In this document: piece by piece, positions 30,461-40,479 of the stretch
Numbering within the stretch: the stretch's first letter is position 1
Layout: every line of letters begins with the position of its first letter
Assembly: GCA_043769075.1 (NCBI GenBank)
Contig: JAYVJS010000551.1
Span: 1 to 42,932, forward strand
Reading direction: 5' to 3'
From: Gemmatimonadota bacterium
GTDB taxonomy: Bacteria; Gemmatimonadota; Gemmatimonadetes; Gemmatimonadales; GWC2-71-9
DNA: 42,932 bases
Notes under the pieces: model-generated
Databases searched by the model: none
Seen by the model: the letters and a program-made list of their open reading frames with translations, nothing else
Told to the model about the DNA's origin: nothing
Position numbers and translations under genes: made by a program

Positions 30461-31888
30461 GTGCTCGACCCGAATTTCCTCAGTCGGATCGGGGCCGCCG
30501 CGACCGCGGCGGCTTCATCTTTCAACGTCACCTCGCCGATCGACGGACGGATTGTGGCACCGGTTCCCGATTGCGGCGTCGCTGAGGCCCGCCAGGCACT
30601 CGATCGCTCGGCGGCGGCATTCGATCGGTGGAAGCGAACCACGGCCTACGAGCGAGCCGCCGTGATGAAGAAGTGGCACGCCCTGATCCTCGCGAACGAA
30701 CCGGCCCTCGCCGAGCTGATGACGCTGGAAATGGGCAAACCGGTCACCGAATCTGTCGGCGAGGTCCGCTACGGCGCGAGTTTCGTCGAGTGGTACGCCG
30801 AAGAAGCCAAACGGATCGCCGGTGAAACGATCGAGAGCCAGTTCTCCCACAAGCGGCTCCACGCGATCAAGCAGCCGTCCGGCATCGTCTACGCGATTAC
30901 GCCCTGGAACTTCCCGATTGCCACCGTGACGCGGAAGATTGCCCCGGCCCTCGCGGCTGGGTGTGTGGTGATCGTGAAGCCGGCTGAGCAAACGCCCTTG
31001 TCGGCGCTGGCACTCGCGACCCTGTGGCGGGAGGCGGGCGGACCGGCCGACGCGTTCATCGTCATCACCGCGCTCGATCCGAAACCGGTGTCGGGCGTGT
31101 TCCTCGACGATCTTCGGATCAGGGTCCTCACGTTTACGGGGTCGACGCCGGTCGGCGTCCATCTCTACGAACGATCCGCCCGAACCATGAAGCGCCTGGC
31201 CCTCGAGCTCGGCGGACACGCGCCGTTCCTGGTCTTCGAGGATGCTCCGCTCGATGCCGCGGTGCGCGAGGTGATGGCCTGCAAGTTCCGCAACGGCGGG
31301 CAAACCTGCGTTTGCACCAATCGGATCTACGTTCAGGAGTCGATCGCTCCCGCGTTCACCGAACGGCTGACGGCAGCGGTGGCCGCACTCAAGGTCGGCG
31401 ACCCGCTCGACCCGGCGACCCAAATCGGGCCAATGGTGGATCAAGCCGGCCTCGCGAAGGTCGTTGAGCATCTCGAGGACGCGGTGGCCCTCGGGGGCAA
31501 GGTGTTGACCGGTGGCCGGGCGATGTCGGGCCTGTACTATCAGCCGACGGTCCTCACCGGGATTCGCCCCGCGATGAAGATGATGACCGAGGAAACCTTC
31601 GGCCCGGTAGCGCCGGTGCTCACCTTCACAACCCAGGACGAGGCGATCAAGCTCGCCAATGGGTCGCCGTTTGGGCTGGCTGCCTATCTCTGGACTGCCG
31701 ACCTTCGGCGGGCCTATCAGGTCTCGGAGGCGCTCGAGTTCGGGATCGTCGGCGTCAACGACGGCATCCCCTCGACGGCCCAGGCCCCGTTCGGCGGCGT
31801 CAAGATGTCGGGGATTGGCCGGGAGGGCGGCCACTGGGGCATCGACGAGTTCCTCGACATCAAATACGTTTCGATCGGTCTCGGCTGA
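30461..31888 (+). CDS. gabD: NAD(P)-dependent succinate-semialdehyde dehydrogenase (aldehyde dehydrogenase family)
   Basis: 475 aa from GTG 30461, with AAAGGAG 6 nt upstream. It shows ITPWNFP, KPAEQTPLSAL, LELGGHAPFLVF, FRNGGQTCVCTNRIYV and EETFGPVAP. Confidence 0.8.
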   Translation: MLDPNFLSRIGAAATAAASSFNVTSPIDGRIVAPVPDCGVAEARQALDRSAAAFDRWKRTTAYERAAVMKKWHALILANEPALAELMTLEMGKPVTESVGEVRYGASFVEWYAEEAKRIAGETIESQFSHKRLHAIKQPSGIVYAITPWNFPIATVTRKIAPALAAGCVVIVKPAEQTPLSALALATLWREAGGPADAFIVITALDPKPVSGVFLDDLRIRVLTFTGSTPVGVHLYERSARTMKRLALELGGHAPFLVFEDAPLDAAVREVMACKFRNGGQTCVCTNRIYVQESIAPAFTERLTAAVAALKVGDPLDPATQIGPMVDQAGLAKVVEHLEDAVALGGKVLTGGRAMSGLYYQPTVLTGIRPAMKMMTEETFGPVAPVLTFTTQDEAIKLANGSPFGLAAYLWTADLRRAYQVSEALEFGIVGVNDGIPSTAQAPFGGVKMSGIGREGGHWGIDEFLDIKYVSIGLG

Positions 31889-33866
31889 CGGCCAGATCCG
31901 CCCCGAGCCGAACAAACGGGTCGAGCCCGCCCGGGTTGGCCATCGAATCGCGGCTCGCGGCCCGATCAGGTGGCATGCCGAGGAGGATCCGCTTGACCGG
32001 CACCTCCATCTTCTTGCCGGTCAAGGTATAGGGCACCGCCGGCACCGGCACGATCCGGTCGGGCACATGTCGCGGGGAACAGTCGACCCGAATCTTCTCC
32101 CGCAACTGGTCCTCGAACTCCTGGTTGAACACGACACCCTCCCCCAACACCACGAAGACGATGATCTCGCTCTGCCCGCCGGGCCAGTCGACGTTGACCA
32201 CCAAGCTATCGCGGAGGCCCGGCGTCGACTCGACCACCCGGTAGTAGTCGCTGGTGCCGAGCCGGACGCCGTGGCGGTTGAGGGTGGAGTCGGAGCGGCC
32301 ATAGATGTAGCTCCCGCCGCTCGGGGTCAACTTGAAGAGATCGCCGTGCCGCCAGACCGCGGGCCATGGCTCGAAGTAGGCTTCCCGATACCGGATCTTG
32401 TCAGGGTCGTTCCAAAACCGGAGCGGCATCGAGGGCATCGGTTGGGCAATGACGAGTTCGCCGACTTGGTCGATGACCGGCTTGCCGGCATCATCCCACG
32501 CCTGGGCATCGACCCCAAGGCAACGGCACTGCATCTCCCCGGCCCGGACCGGGAGGTAGGGTGACGCGCCCACGAATCCGGTGGCAACCTCGGTCCCGCC
32601 GCTCGTCGAGGTGACCCAAAGGTCGGCCTTCACGTTGCGATAGAACCACTCGAAGATATCGGGTGTCATCGGGGCGCCGGTGCAGACGGTATTGCGGAGC
32701 GCGGAGAGATCGAACCGTTCCCGCGGCACCACCCCCGCCTTGACGAGCGCGCCGACGAACGATGGACTGGCCCCGAAGCCGGTGGCTTTGGCGTCCTGGG
32801 CGAGTTTCCAGAGGACATCGATCCCTGGGTAGGCCGGGTGACCGTCGTACAGCACCACGGTGGCGCCGCTCAAGAGGTTGGCGATCAGGCCGTTAAAGAC
32901 GATCCAGCCGGTTGTGGTATAGAAGAACACCGTGTCGGTCGGCCGGACATCGTTGTGCAACAGCTGGGTCTTCAGATTCTCGATCGCCACCCCGCCATGG
33001 CCGTGGACGATTCCCTTGGGCAGACCCGTGGTACCAGACGTAAAGAGAACCCAGAGCGGGTGGTCGAATGGAACCGCCTCGAACCGGAACCCCGAGCTGC
33101 CGCCGTCGTCTTTTCGGAGCCGGTCGAGATCGTGGGCGCCGGCGAGGAACGGCGGCTGGCCGGGGAACTGATACGACCAGGTGATTCGATGCTCGAGCGT
33201 CGGGAGCCCGTCGGCGATGGTCCGAACGTCGGCCCGCCGGTCGTAGTCCTTGCCCGCATAACGATACCCGTCGACCGCGATGATGGCCTTCGGTTCGAGC
33301 TGTTGGAACCGGTCGAGCACCGCCCGAACGCCGAACTCCGGGGGGCAGCAAGCCCAGATCGCCCCGATCGCCGTGGTGGCCGCGAGCGCCACGACCGCCT
33401 CCGGCGCCGACGGGAGATAGCCCACGACCCGATCACCCGGTCTGATGCCTAAGTTTCTCAGACTGGTCGCCAGCGCGGTGACCTGGGCGTAGAGCTGGTT
33501 CCAGGTCAGGGTGTCGAGGGGACGGAGCTCGGAGCAATAGCGGATTGCCGGTTCGCTACCGCGGGACCGGCGGAACAGTTGCTCCGCGTAGTTGATCCGG
33601 GCCCCGCTGAACCAGGTCGCCCCCGGCATGGCCTGCGGGCCCAACACCGAGGAGTATGGGGTCGGCGACTTGAACCCAACGAAGTCCCAGATCGACGCCC
33701 AGAATCCGCTCAGATCACGAACCGACCAGTCATAGAGGCTCGGATAGTCGGTGAACCGGTGGCCTCGATTCCCCTCCAGCCAGTGGAGATAGGTGGTAAG
33801 GACCGACTCCGCCTTGAACCGGTCGGATGGGGTCCACAGGACGTCACCTTCACGAACCGGGCTCAT
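31860..33866 (-). CDS. Acetoacetyl-CoA synthetase (acetoacetate-CoA ligase, AMP-forming)
   Basis: 668 aa from ATG 33866 (MSPVREGDVLWTPS...; alternative ATG 33884). It shows FWASIWDF, WFSGARINYAE, FTSGTTGLPKGIVHGHGG and SGGTE. It overlaps gabD convergently by 29 nt. Confidence 0.85.
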   Translation of the reverse strand: MSPVREGDVLWTPSDRFKAESVLTTYLHWLEGNRGHRFTDYPSLYDWSVRDLSGFWASIWDFVGFKSPTPYSSVLGPQAMPGATWFSGARINYAEQLFRRSRGSEPAIRYCSELRPLDTLTWNQLYAQVTALATSLRNLGIRPGDRVVGYLPSAPEAVVALAATTAIGAIWACCPPEFGVRAVLDRFQQLEPKAIIAVDGYRYAGKDYDRRADVRTIADGLPTLEHRITWSYQFPGQPPFLAGAHDLDRLRKDDGGSSGFRFEAVPFDHPLWVLFTSGTTGLPKGIVHGHGGVAIENLKTQLLHNDVRPTDTVFFYTTTGWIVFNGLIANLLSGATVVLYDGHPAYPGIDVLWKLAQDAKATGFGASPSFVGALVKAGVVPRERFDLSALRNTVCTGAPMTPDIFEWFYRNVKADLWVTSTSGGTEVATGFVGASPYLPVRAGEMQCRCLGVDAQAWDDAGKPVIDQVGELVIAQPMPSMPLRFWNDPDKIRYREAYFEPWPAVWRHGDLFKLTPSGGSYIYGRSDSTLNRHGVRLGTSDYYRVVESTPGLRDSLVVNVDWPGGQSEIIVFVVLGEGVVFNQEFEDQLREKIRVDCSPRHVPDRIVPVPAVPYTLTGKKMEVPVKRILLGMPPDRAASRDSMANPGGLDPFVRLGADLAVSRDRSKRI

Positions 33867-33997
33867 GGGACCCAATGTTATCATGGTGGGAGCAATCTGG
33901 GGACCACATGATGATTTCCGGGGCGGTGCTCGCCGGGAAGATCCAACCCTTCCTGGCGGATGCCGCTCGGACCGATCACGATCGGTCACCAACCGGC

Positions 33998-35437
33998 TTA
34001 CGGCGGCGGTTCCCCGAGGGGAGCCCGCACCGGACGGCCGGGAAACCGCCCCGCTTGCAGCGCACTGTTGCGGACCACGACGACACCGTTCACCAGCACA
34101 TCGCGAATGCCCTCAGGCGGCAGCGTCGGCTCGCGGTAGGTGGCCCGATCGATAATCCGGGCCGGATCGAAGATCACGATGTCGGCATCGGCTCCGACCT
34201 GAAGCCGGCCTTTCCGTGTCATCGACGGGACCCGCCGCTCCAGTCGCTCCGCCGGCCCGATCGTCATCTTCCGGAGCGCCTCCATCAGGGTCAGCGCCCC
34301 CACCTCACGAACATAGTGGCCGAGGACCCGGGCAAACGTCCCCGCCACCCGGGGGTGCCCAACACCGTCGTGGAGGACCCCGTCGCTCGCAATCAGCGGG
34401 AGCGGGTCCGCCACCGCCGCCGCGACCACTTCTTCGGGATTGGTGTCTTGGATCACGTAGCCACCCAACTTCCGGTATCGGCCGAATGACTCTCGAGTCA
34501 GGCGTTCGCCGGTGGCCGGCCACTCGAACCGGGCAAACTTGCGATCGGGCCATGATTCCCAGTCGTCGTGATACGCTGCTTCGATCGCCGCGATGCTGGC
34601 GGTATAGGGGTACACCTCGGCGGTGACGTCGAGTCCGCGACTCCGGGCGCCCCGAATCAAGTCGAGCATCCGGGGAGTATCCTCACCGCCCGAGCTCTGG
34701 ATGTGGACGATGTGGGCGGCTGCCCCGGATGCCGCGGCCGCGCCGAGGATCTCCTCGGTCTCGAGGAAGTAGAACGGCTCGGCCATGCCCCGGACATGGA
34801 CATGGACGGCGGCGCGGTACCGCGCCGCCACCCGGAACATCTCGAAGACCTCCCACGGGCGAGCGGCCGGCGTCTCTTCAATCAGGAGGCCGACAGCGAC
34901 GGCGCCCTGCTTCAGTCCGTCGTCGATTCGTTGGATGATGGCCGCGAGTTCAGGCTCGGTCGCGGCGCGCGATGCCGCCGGTCCGACCGGGGTCCCCCGG
35001 CCGGTGTCACCCATGACTCGCATCCGGGCCGATTCATGGCCCGCGCTGACGCCGTAGTTGATCAGGGTGGTTCCGGCGCGGTCGGCGTACCATCGATTGA
35101 CGTCGCCGGTCCCTTCCTCGAGCTCCAAGGCGGTGGTCGTGCCGTCCAGCACTTCGACCCGATACCCCGCGGCGTCTTGGGCGTGCTGGTGCAGATCGAT
35201 GAACCCTGGAGCCACAACGAGACCCTGGCCGTCGAGCGTGTCGCGGCCTCGAAGTGGGTGCCGGCTGACCGACCGAATCACTCCGCCGCTGATCCCGATG
35301 GCGCGGACGGCATCGAGACCGGAGGCCGGATCCATGACTCGCCCCCCAATGATGACGAGGTCGTAGATGGGGCCTCGTTGAGCAACACCCAGAGCCGGCG
35401 TCGTGAAAAACAGGATTGCTACGACTGAGGTTCGCAT
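33998..35437 (-). CDS. Secreted D-aminoacylase (N-acyl-D-amino-acid deacylase family amidohydrolase)
   Basis: 479 aa from ATG 35437. Signal peptide MRTSVVAILFFTTPALGVAQ. It shows YDLVIIGGRVMDPASG, PGFIDLHQH and a C-terminal DIVIFDP...ATYREP...GIRDVLVNGVVV. Confidence 0.8.
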   Translation of the reverse strand: MRTSVVAILFFTTPALGVAQRGPIYDLVIIGGRVMDPASGLDAVRAIGISGGVIRSVSRHPLRGRDTLDGQGLVVAPGFIDLHQHAQDAAGYRVEVLDGTTTALELEEGTGDVNRWYADRAGTTLINYGVSAGHESARMRVMGDTGRGTPVGPAASRAATEPELAAIIQRIDDGLKQGAVAVGLLIEETPAARPWEVFEMFRVAARYRAAVHVHVRGMAEPFYFLETEEILGAAAASGAAAHIVHIQSSGGEDTPRMLDLIRGARSRGLDVTAEVYPYTASIAAIEAAYHDDWESWPDRKFARFEWPATGERLTRESFGRYRKLGGYVIQDTNPEEVVAAAVADPLPLIASDGVLHDGVGHPRVAGTFARVLGHYVREVGALTLMEALRKMTIGPAERLERRVPSMTRKGRLQVGADADIVIFDPARIIDRATYREPTLPPEGIRDVLVNGVVVVRNSALQAGRFPGRPVRAPLGEPPP

Positions 35438-35547
35438 GGCTGACGAATCTGAGGGGAGTCGCGGTGTTTTCCAACCAGTCGCGGGGCAAGTCCCGGATCT
35501 GCTATCATTCCCCGTCCACCTCGCTCCCATTCACCTGGCGAAACCCG

Positions 35548-35934
35548 ATGCCCCACCAACCGATCCACGCCCCCAACCTTCCCAAGTCGGCCGGCCCCTA
35601 TTCCCCGGGCGTGGTCTTCGAGCGCCTGATCTTCGTCTCCGGCCAAGGCGCCAACGACCCGGCCACCGGCGAGCAAGTCGGCCCGGACACGGCCTCGCAG
35701 ACCGAGCAATGCCTTCGGAACCTCCAAGCGATCTTGAGGGCCGGCGGATCCGATCTGCAATACGTGTTGCGTTGCGGGGTCTTTCTGCTCGACATGAAAG
35801 ACTTTGCCGCCATGAATGGGGTGTATGCGCGGGTGTTCGGCGAACATCGTCCGGCTCGGACCACGATTCAGGCCGCGGCGCTGCCCGCGGTCGGGTTGCG
35901 GGTCGAGATCGACTGCGTCGCCTACGTGCCGTAA
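35548..35934 (+). CDS. ridA: RidA family reactive enamine/imine deaminase
   Basis: 128 aa from ATG 35548. APNLPKSAGPYSPGVVFERLIFVSGQG...QTEQCLRNLQAIL...ARTTIQAAALPAVGLRVEIDCVA is the YjgF/RidA pattern. Confidence 0.9.
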   Translation: MPHQPIHAPNLPKSAGPYSPGVVFERLIFVSGQGANDPATGEQVGPDTASQTEQCLRNLQAILRAGGSDLQYVLRCGVFLLDMKDFAAMNGVYARVFGEHRPARTTIQAAALPAVGLRVEIDCVAYVP

Positions 35935-35995
35935 AGCCGGAGGGCACCCCGCAGCTCACCTAGCGCTGGGAGCCGCCCCCACCTAGCCGGGTGTG

Positions 35996-36787
35996 TCATC
36001 CCGACCGCCGCGGCCGCTGCTTCTTCGAAATGGATTTGATGATCAGGGTGCCCTTGCCGCGCTTGGGCAGCGGCACTCGGGCCTGACCAATCGCGGCCTC
36101 GAGTAGCGCCCGCACCTCGGGCCGCCCGAGCGTCGCGGCGCTCTCGACTCGCACGAACCGCCCTTGGTTCCCGGCACCGAGCAAGATACCGTCGGGGTCC
36201 GGCAGCCTGGTGCCCCAAGTGAAATAGAGCACGACACCGCGGGACGTGGCCGCGACCGAGACAATGACGTCCGAGGTGCGGCCGCTGCCGGTCCAGCCGA
36301 TGGCGAGCGCATTGTAGTTGTCGTACACCAGTTCGGTGGCGGTGGCAAAGTACTCCCTGCGCAGGGCCCTACCCGTGGCGCGAATCAGCCTGGCAACCGC
36401 TGGATCAATTCTGGCGATGAACCCAGCCAGTTGCTTGGCCGGCGACGCCGGCGGCCGCTTCAGCGCGGCCGGTTGCTTGCCGGCCCGGCGCTCCCAGGCG
36501 GCAGTCAGCGCGGCCCGGACCGCGGCCTTTGCCGCGGAACGGAGGATGACCGATGTGGCCCCCGACTTGCCCCAGCCACCCTTCACCGGGGTGAAGGTTG
36601 TTGGAAAGGCCCCGACGAAGAACTGCTGCTCTTCAGCCGTGAGCGACACCATGCCATGCCCGCTATTCGGATAGCCCAGCGTGGCGAAGACCTTGCCGCC
36701 GACCCGAAAATCGGGGTGCCCCATGTGTTCGGACTCGACGACGTCCGGGAAGCCCTTCGCGATGCGGCGGAATTCGGCCGGGGTCAC
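35996..36787 (-). CDS. Hypothetical fusion: MmcQ/YjbR-like N-terminal domain + DUF1801-like C-terminal domain
   Basis: 263 aa from GTG 36787. The N-terminus (FPDVVESEHMGHPDFRVGGKVFATL) is YjbR-like. The C-terminal half (YDNYNALAIGW...VVLYFTWG) is DUF1801/YdhG-like. Confidence 0.6.
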   Translation of the reverse strand: MTPAEFRRIAKGFPDVVESEHMGHPDFRVGGKVFATLGYPNSGHGMVSLTAEEQQFFVGAFPTTFTPVKGGWGKSGATSVILRSAAKAAVRAALTAAWERRAGKQPAALKRPPASPAKQLAGFIARIDPAVARLIRATGRALRREYFATATELVYDNYNALAIGWTGSGRTSDVIVSVAATSRGVVLYFTWGTRLPDPDGILLGAGNQGRFVRVESAATLGRPEVRALLEAAIGQARVPLPKRGKGTLIIKSISKKQRPRRSG

Positions 36788-36793
36788 CAGACG

Positions 36794-38119
36794 TTAGGGC
36801 CGGCGATTGACCGGCAGGTCCAGGGCCCCGCGGTCAACGATGGCACCGCCCTTGATGACCATCTCGATCCGCTCGGCGTTCCGAATATCGACGAGCGGGT
36901 CGGCCGACAATAGGACCAGGTCGGCCAATTTCCCTTCCTCAACCGATCCCAGGTCGCGCTCCTTCCCCAAGAAGATCGCCGCATTGAGAGTCGCGATCCG
37001 GATGGCCGCGACGGCGGGGATGCCGCCGTTTACCATCAGCTCCAGTTCTCGATGCGACGCTGGGCCGCTCGATTGATCTGAGCCTAACGCGATGACGCCG
37101 CCCGCCGCATCGATCAATCGGAGATTTTCCTGCGCCACCGGGGTCATCACCTTCATCCAAGTCGTCCAGGTCCGCTTCGAATACTCATCCCGGACCGTGG
37201 TCTTGAGCCGCTCGATGGCGGCCGGTTCATAGACCGCTCGGTAGAGCGGCTGGTCGAGAAATTCGGGGTGGTCGACCAGCCGGCTGTACCCTTCCCCGAT
37301 GGTCAGCGTCGACGCCATCGGGGTCTTGGTACTCGCCATCAACTGCACGAAGCCGGTACTGACCGGCCCCTGAATGATCGGGTGGGCCAGGGTATTGAGC
37401 CCCGCGGCAATCGCTTGCCGAGCCCGATACTCGTGCGAGGCATGAACTGTCGTCCTGATCCCGTGTTCGTTGAAGTACCGGGCGGCCTTTGCCATCACCT
37501 CCGCGTCGAGCAACGGAATCAGCGGCCGAGTGCCCCAGCCGTGTTCGTCGAAGGTGAACTTCGCCATGTCCGGCTGCCGCGCGATGTGCCGGTCGAGTTC
37601 GGCGATCGCCTCGGGCCACGAGTCGATCAGCGCGGCACCCGAACCGCCCCCGTGGCCGCCCGGCGCGGTAACAACCCCGCCGGTCGCGTAAATCCGGGGG
37701 CTGACAATCGCCCCGGCTCGCTCTTGGGTCCGGAGCCCGAAGATGTAGTCCGGATCGTTGCCGGCATCGAACACCGCCGTGAAACCACTATACAAGAAGC
37801 CGTGAAGCGACCGGACCCCGGCCGCCGGGCCGGCATCGCGCCCATCGAGATGAATATGGACATCGATCAGCCCGGGGATCAAGAACTTCCCTTTGCCGTC
37901 GATCGTACGAACGTTAGGTGGCGCCTCGAGCCGGCCCCGGGCCACCCGGACGATCCGGGCACCCTCCACCACGACGGACACCCCAGCCACCGCGGGCCTC
38001 CCGGTGCCATCGATCAAGGTGACATCGCGAATCAAGAGTCCGCCACCTTGCTGAGCCGCGGCCGACACCGACCACATCATCCACGGCAATGCCAGCCCGA
38101 TCCGCTTCAGCGATCTCAT
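36794..38119 (-). CDS. Secreted amidohydrolase family protein (metal-dependent hydrolase, imidazolonepropionase/prolidase-like)
   Basis: 441 aa. Signal peptide MRSLKRIGLALPWMMWSVSAAAQ. It shows LIDGTG, PGLIDVHIH and a C-terminal GSVEEGKLADLVLLSADPL. ATGA overlap with the upstream peptidase stop. Confidence 0.8.
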   Translation of the reverse strand: MRSLKRIGLALPWMMWSVSAAAQQGGGLLIRDVTLIDGTGRPAVAGVSVVVEGARIVRVARGRLEAPPNVRTIDGKGKFLIPGLIDVHIHLDGRDAGPAAGVRSLHGFLYSGFTAVFDAGNDPDYIFGLRTQERAGAIVSPRIYATGGVVTAPGGHGGGSGAALIDSWPEAIAELDRHIARQPDMAKFTFDEHGWGTRPLIPLLDAEVMAKAARYFNEHGIRTTVHASHEYRARQAIAAGLNTLAHPIIQGPVSTGFVQLMASTKTPMASTLTIGEGYSRLVDHPEFLDQPLYRAVYEPAAIERLKTTVRDEYSKRTWTTWMKVMTPVAQENLRLIDAAGGVIALGSDQSSGPASHRELELMVNGGIPAVAAIRIATLNAAIFLGKERDLGSVEEGKLADLVLLSADPLVDIRNAERIEMVIKGGAIVDRGALDLPVNRRP

Positions 38120-40461
38120 GGCTGGGTCCCGCTAATGCCGGGGTACTCAGTTGGGGTTTTGATTTGGTAGTTCTCGGGCGGCAGTACCCCGACCAAGTGC
38201 TCGACAAAGTAGTCCCACCGCCGGCGGCGGAAGTACATATTGGCCATCATCGCGTGCGACCCGTTCGGCACGATCATCAGATCGTAACTCTTGTTGGCCT
38301 TCGTCAGCGCATCGATCACTTGGAGCGTAAGCGCCGGCGGCACGTTGTCGTCCATGTCGCCGAACACCAGGAGCAACTTGCCCTTGAGGTTCTTGGCGAT
38401 CGACGGGTTGGCCTGGGCCGCATAGTTGTCGCCCTGAGGCATGCCTTGATAGGTCTCGCCCCAGAGCGAGAGGTAGCCCCGCTGGTCATGATTCCCCGCC
38501 GAGGACACCGCCACTTTGTAGAAATCCGGATAGAGAAACATGGCCCGCGCCGAGGCAAACCCGCCGCCCGAGTGACCGAAAATCCCGACTCGATTCAAAT
38601 CGAGATACGGCCGGCCGGCGGCGATCTGGCGGAACGCGGCGAGGTGGTCCTCGAGTGCACCGCCGTTCTCCAGGCGCCCGTACGAGTAGTCGTGGAATGC
38701 CTTGGACCGAAACGGCGTCCCCCGCCCGTCGACTTGGACCCCGACCATGCCGAGCTCAGCCAAGGCCCGGAGGTCGCCGCCGGCCTCGAAGCGCTTGAGA
38801 ACCTGATTGGCCTGCGGCCCGGGATAGATCTCCTCGACCACCGGATATCTCCGGGACGAATCAAAATCAGCCGGCGTGAAGATGATGCCATACACATCGG
38901 TAACACCGTCCGCCGCCTTCGCGGTGAACCGCTCCGGCCACTGCCAACCGGTGGCCAGCAAACGCGACAGATCGGCCCGTTCGAGCGGCAGCACCGTCTT
39001 CCCATCGAGCGACCGGGCTACGGTGACCGGGGCCAGGTCGGGACGGCTGATCCGATCTACCACCCAGTCGCCACGGGGCCCGAGAGTGATTTGGTGTTGG
39101 CCATCCTCCGGCGACAGCAATGTGAGGCCGGTGCCGTCGAACCCGATCGAGTAGAGATGCAAGAGATACGGGTCTCGACCGGGCTCGCGGCCCCCGGCCA
39201 GGAACCAAAGCTTCCGAGCTGATTCATCGACCCGCACCAGATCGCGCACCACCCACTCGCCCTGGGTAATCTGGTTCTTAACCCGGCCGGTGGCCGCATC
39301 CAGCAAGTAGAGATGGGCCCAACCGTCTCGCTCGGAATACCAGATCACTTCCTTCCGGTCCGCGGTAACCCGCACCAAGGGCTTGGCGCCTAACTGAGGC
39401 GCCGCCTCGGTCAGGGTCGGCCCCCGCTCTTCGGCAATCGTCCGGGTCTTCCCCGTCGCGGCATCAATGGACTTGAGCCACCAAGCCCTGACCCCCCGCT
39501 CGTGTTCGATGTAATAGACGGTCGTTCCCGCGGAATCCGACCACCAGGCCTCCTGAAACCCAATCGTCGGCTGAAACGCGGTCTCCATCGGCGGCGCGTC
39601 AGCCGCGGTCGCCCGACCCGAGGCCGCCTCGAAGATCCACCAGCTGCCGTGCGCGACCGAGTCGCCGGGCATCGGGAAGGCGAACGACCAGAGCTTGGGC
39701 CGGACTCCGCCATCGGGAACCGATTGGAGCAGGTACAATTCCGGGACTCGCCGCTGGTCGATCCTCTGAACCAGAATCCGTTTCGAGTCGGCCGACCAGA
39801 GGGCCACCGGCGGGGTCGGCAATCCGGACCGAACCGCGGTGACCCAGGCCGTGTTCGACTCGGTATCGCCGGCGTATTCGTTCCGCGCGGCGCCGTCAGT
39901 GGTCAAGGGCCGGCGCTCACCGCCGAGGGTGTTCCGAATCCACAGATCGTGGTCCTTGAGGTAGAGGGCCCATTTCCCGTCCGGCGAGGGAAGCTCGTTG
40001 GGATCGACCTTGGTCGTTGCAACCGAATCACATCGATAAAGCCCAAGATCGCAGCGCCACGACTTTCCCCGGAGCCCGACTTCAATCCGAGTCGCCCTCC
40101 CGTCCTCCTGCCACTGCAACGTCTGGAACGGGAGCGAGTCGGCGACGAACGCGGTGTCGGCCGCTTGGGCCAGTGCTCTGGCAAGCCGAGGATGATCGAA
40201 AGCCGGCCGACGGACCTTCTTGCCCGGATCGACGTAGATGAACTCGCTCCCCCGCTCGGTCGAGACCCGGTACCAAAAACGGTCCGACCCGGCGATCCAT
40301 TGAGGAGTAATCTTGTCCCGGAGCACTAGAAGGTCGGCATTGCGGGCCAGCATTCGCTCCGCTTTGGCATAGGCAGCCGCCGGCATCCGGGGTTGGGCCG
40401 GCGCCACGCTCGCCGCGAAGACCGAAAGCGCCCCCGCTACCCCCACGATTCGAATCGACAT
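38116..40461 (-). CDS. Secreted S9-family peptidase, dipeptidyl-peptidase IV-like (DPP-IV N-terminal propeller + prolyl-oligopeptidase catalytic domain)
   Basis: 781 aa. Signal peptide MSIRIVGVAGALSVFAASVAPAQ. It carries the catalytic GxSxGG (IFGHSGGGF) and a late GDMDDNV...GSHAM Asp/His region. Confidence 0.9.
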   Translation of the reverse strand: MSIRIVGVAGALSVFAASVAPAQPRMPAAAYAKAERMLARNADLLVLRDKITPQWIAGSDRFWYRVSTERGSEFIYVDPGKKVRRPAFDHPRLARALAQAADTAFVADSLPFQTLQWQEDGRATRIEVGLRGKSWRCDLGLYRCDSVATTKVDPNELPSPDGKWALYLKDHDLWIRNTLGGERRPLTTDGAARNEYAGDTESNTAWVTAVRSGLPTPPVALWSADSKRILVQRIDQRRVPELYLLQSVPDGGVRPKLWSFAFPMPGDSVAHGSWWIFEAASGRATAADAPPMETAFQPTIGFQEAWWSDSAGTTVYYIEHERGVRAWWLKSIDAATGKTRTIAEERGPTLTEAAPQLGAKPLVRVTADRKEVIWYSERDGWAHLYLLDAATGRVKNQITQGEWVVRDLVRVDESARKLWFLAGGREPGRDPYLLHLYSIGFDGTGLTLLSPEDGQHQITLGPRGDWVVDRISRPDLAPVTVARSLDGKTVLPLERADLSRLLATGWQWPERFTAKAADGVTDVYGIIFTPADFDSSRRYPVVEEIYPGPQANQVLKRFEAGGDLRALAELGMVGVQVDGRGTPFRSKAFHDYSYGRLENGGALEDHLAAFRQIAAGRPYLDLNRVGIFGHSGGGFASARAMFLYPDFYKVAVSSAGNHDQRGYLSLWGETYQGMPQGDNYAAQANPSIAKNLKGKLLLVFGDMDDNVPPALTLQVIDALTKANKSYDLMIVPNGSHAMMANMYFRRRRWDYFVEHLVGVLPPENYQIKTPTEYPGISGTQP

Positions 40462-40479
40462 TGCGTTCCTGGTTAGCGA

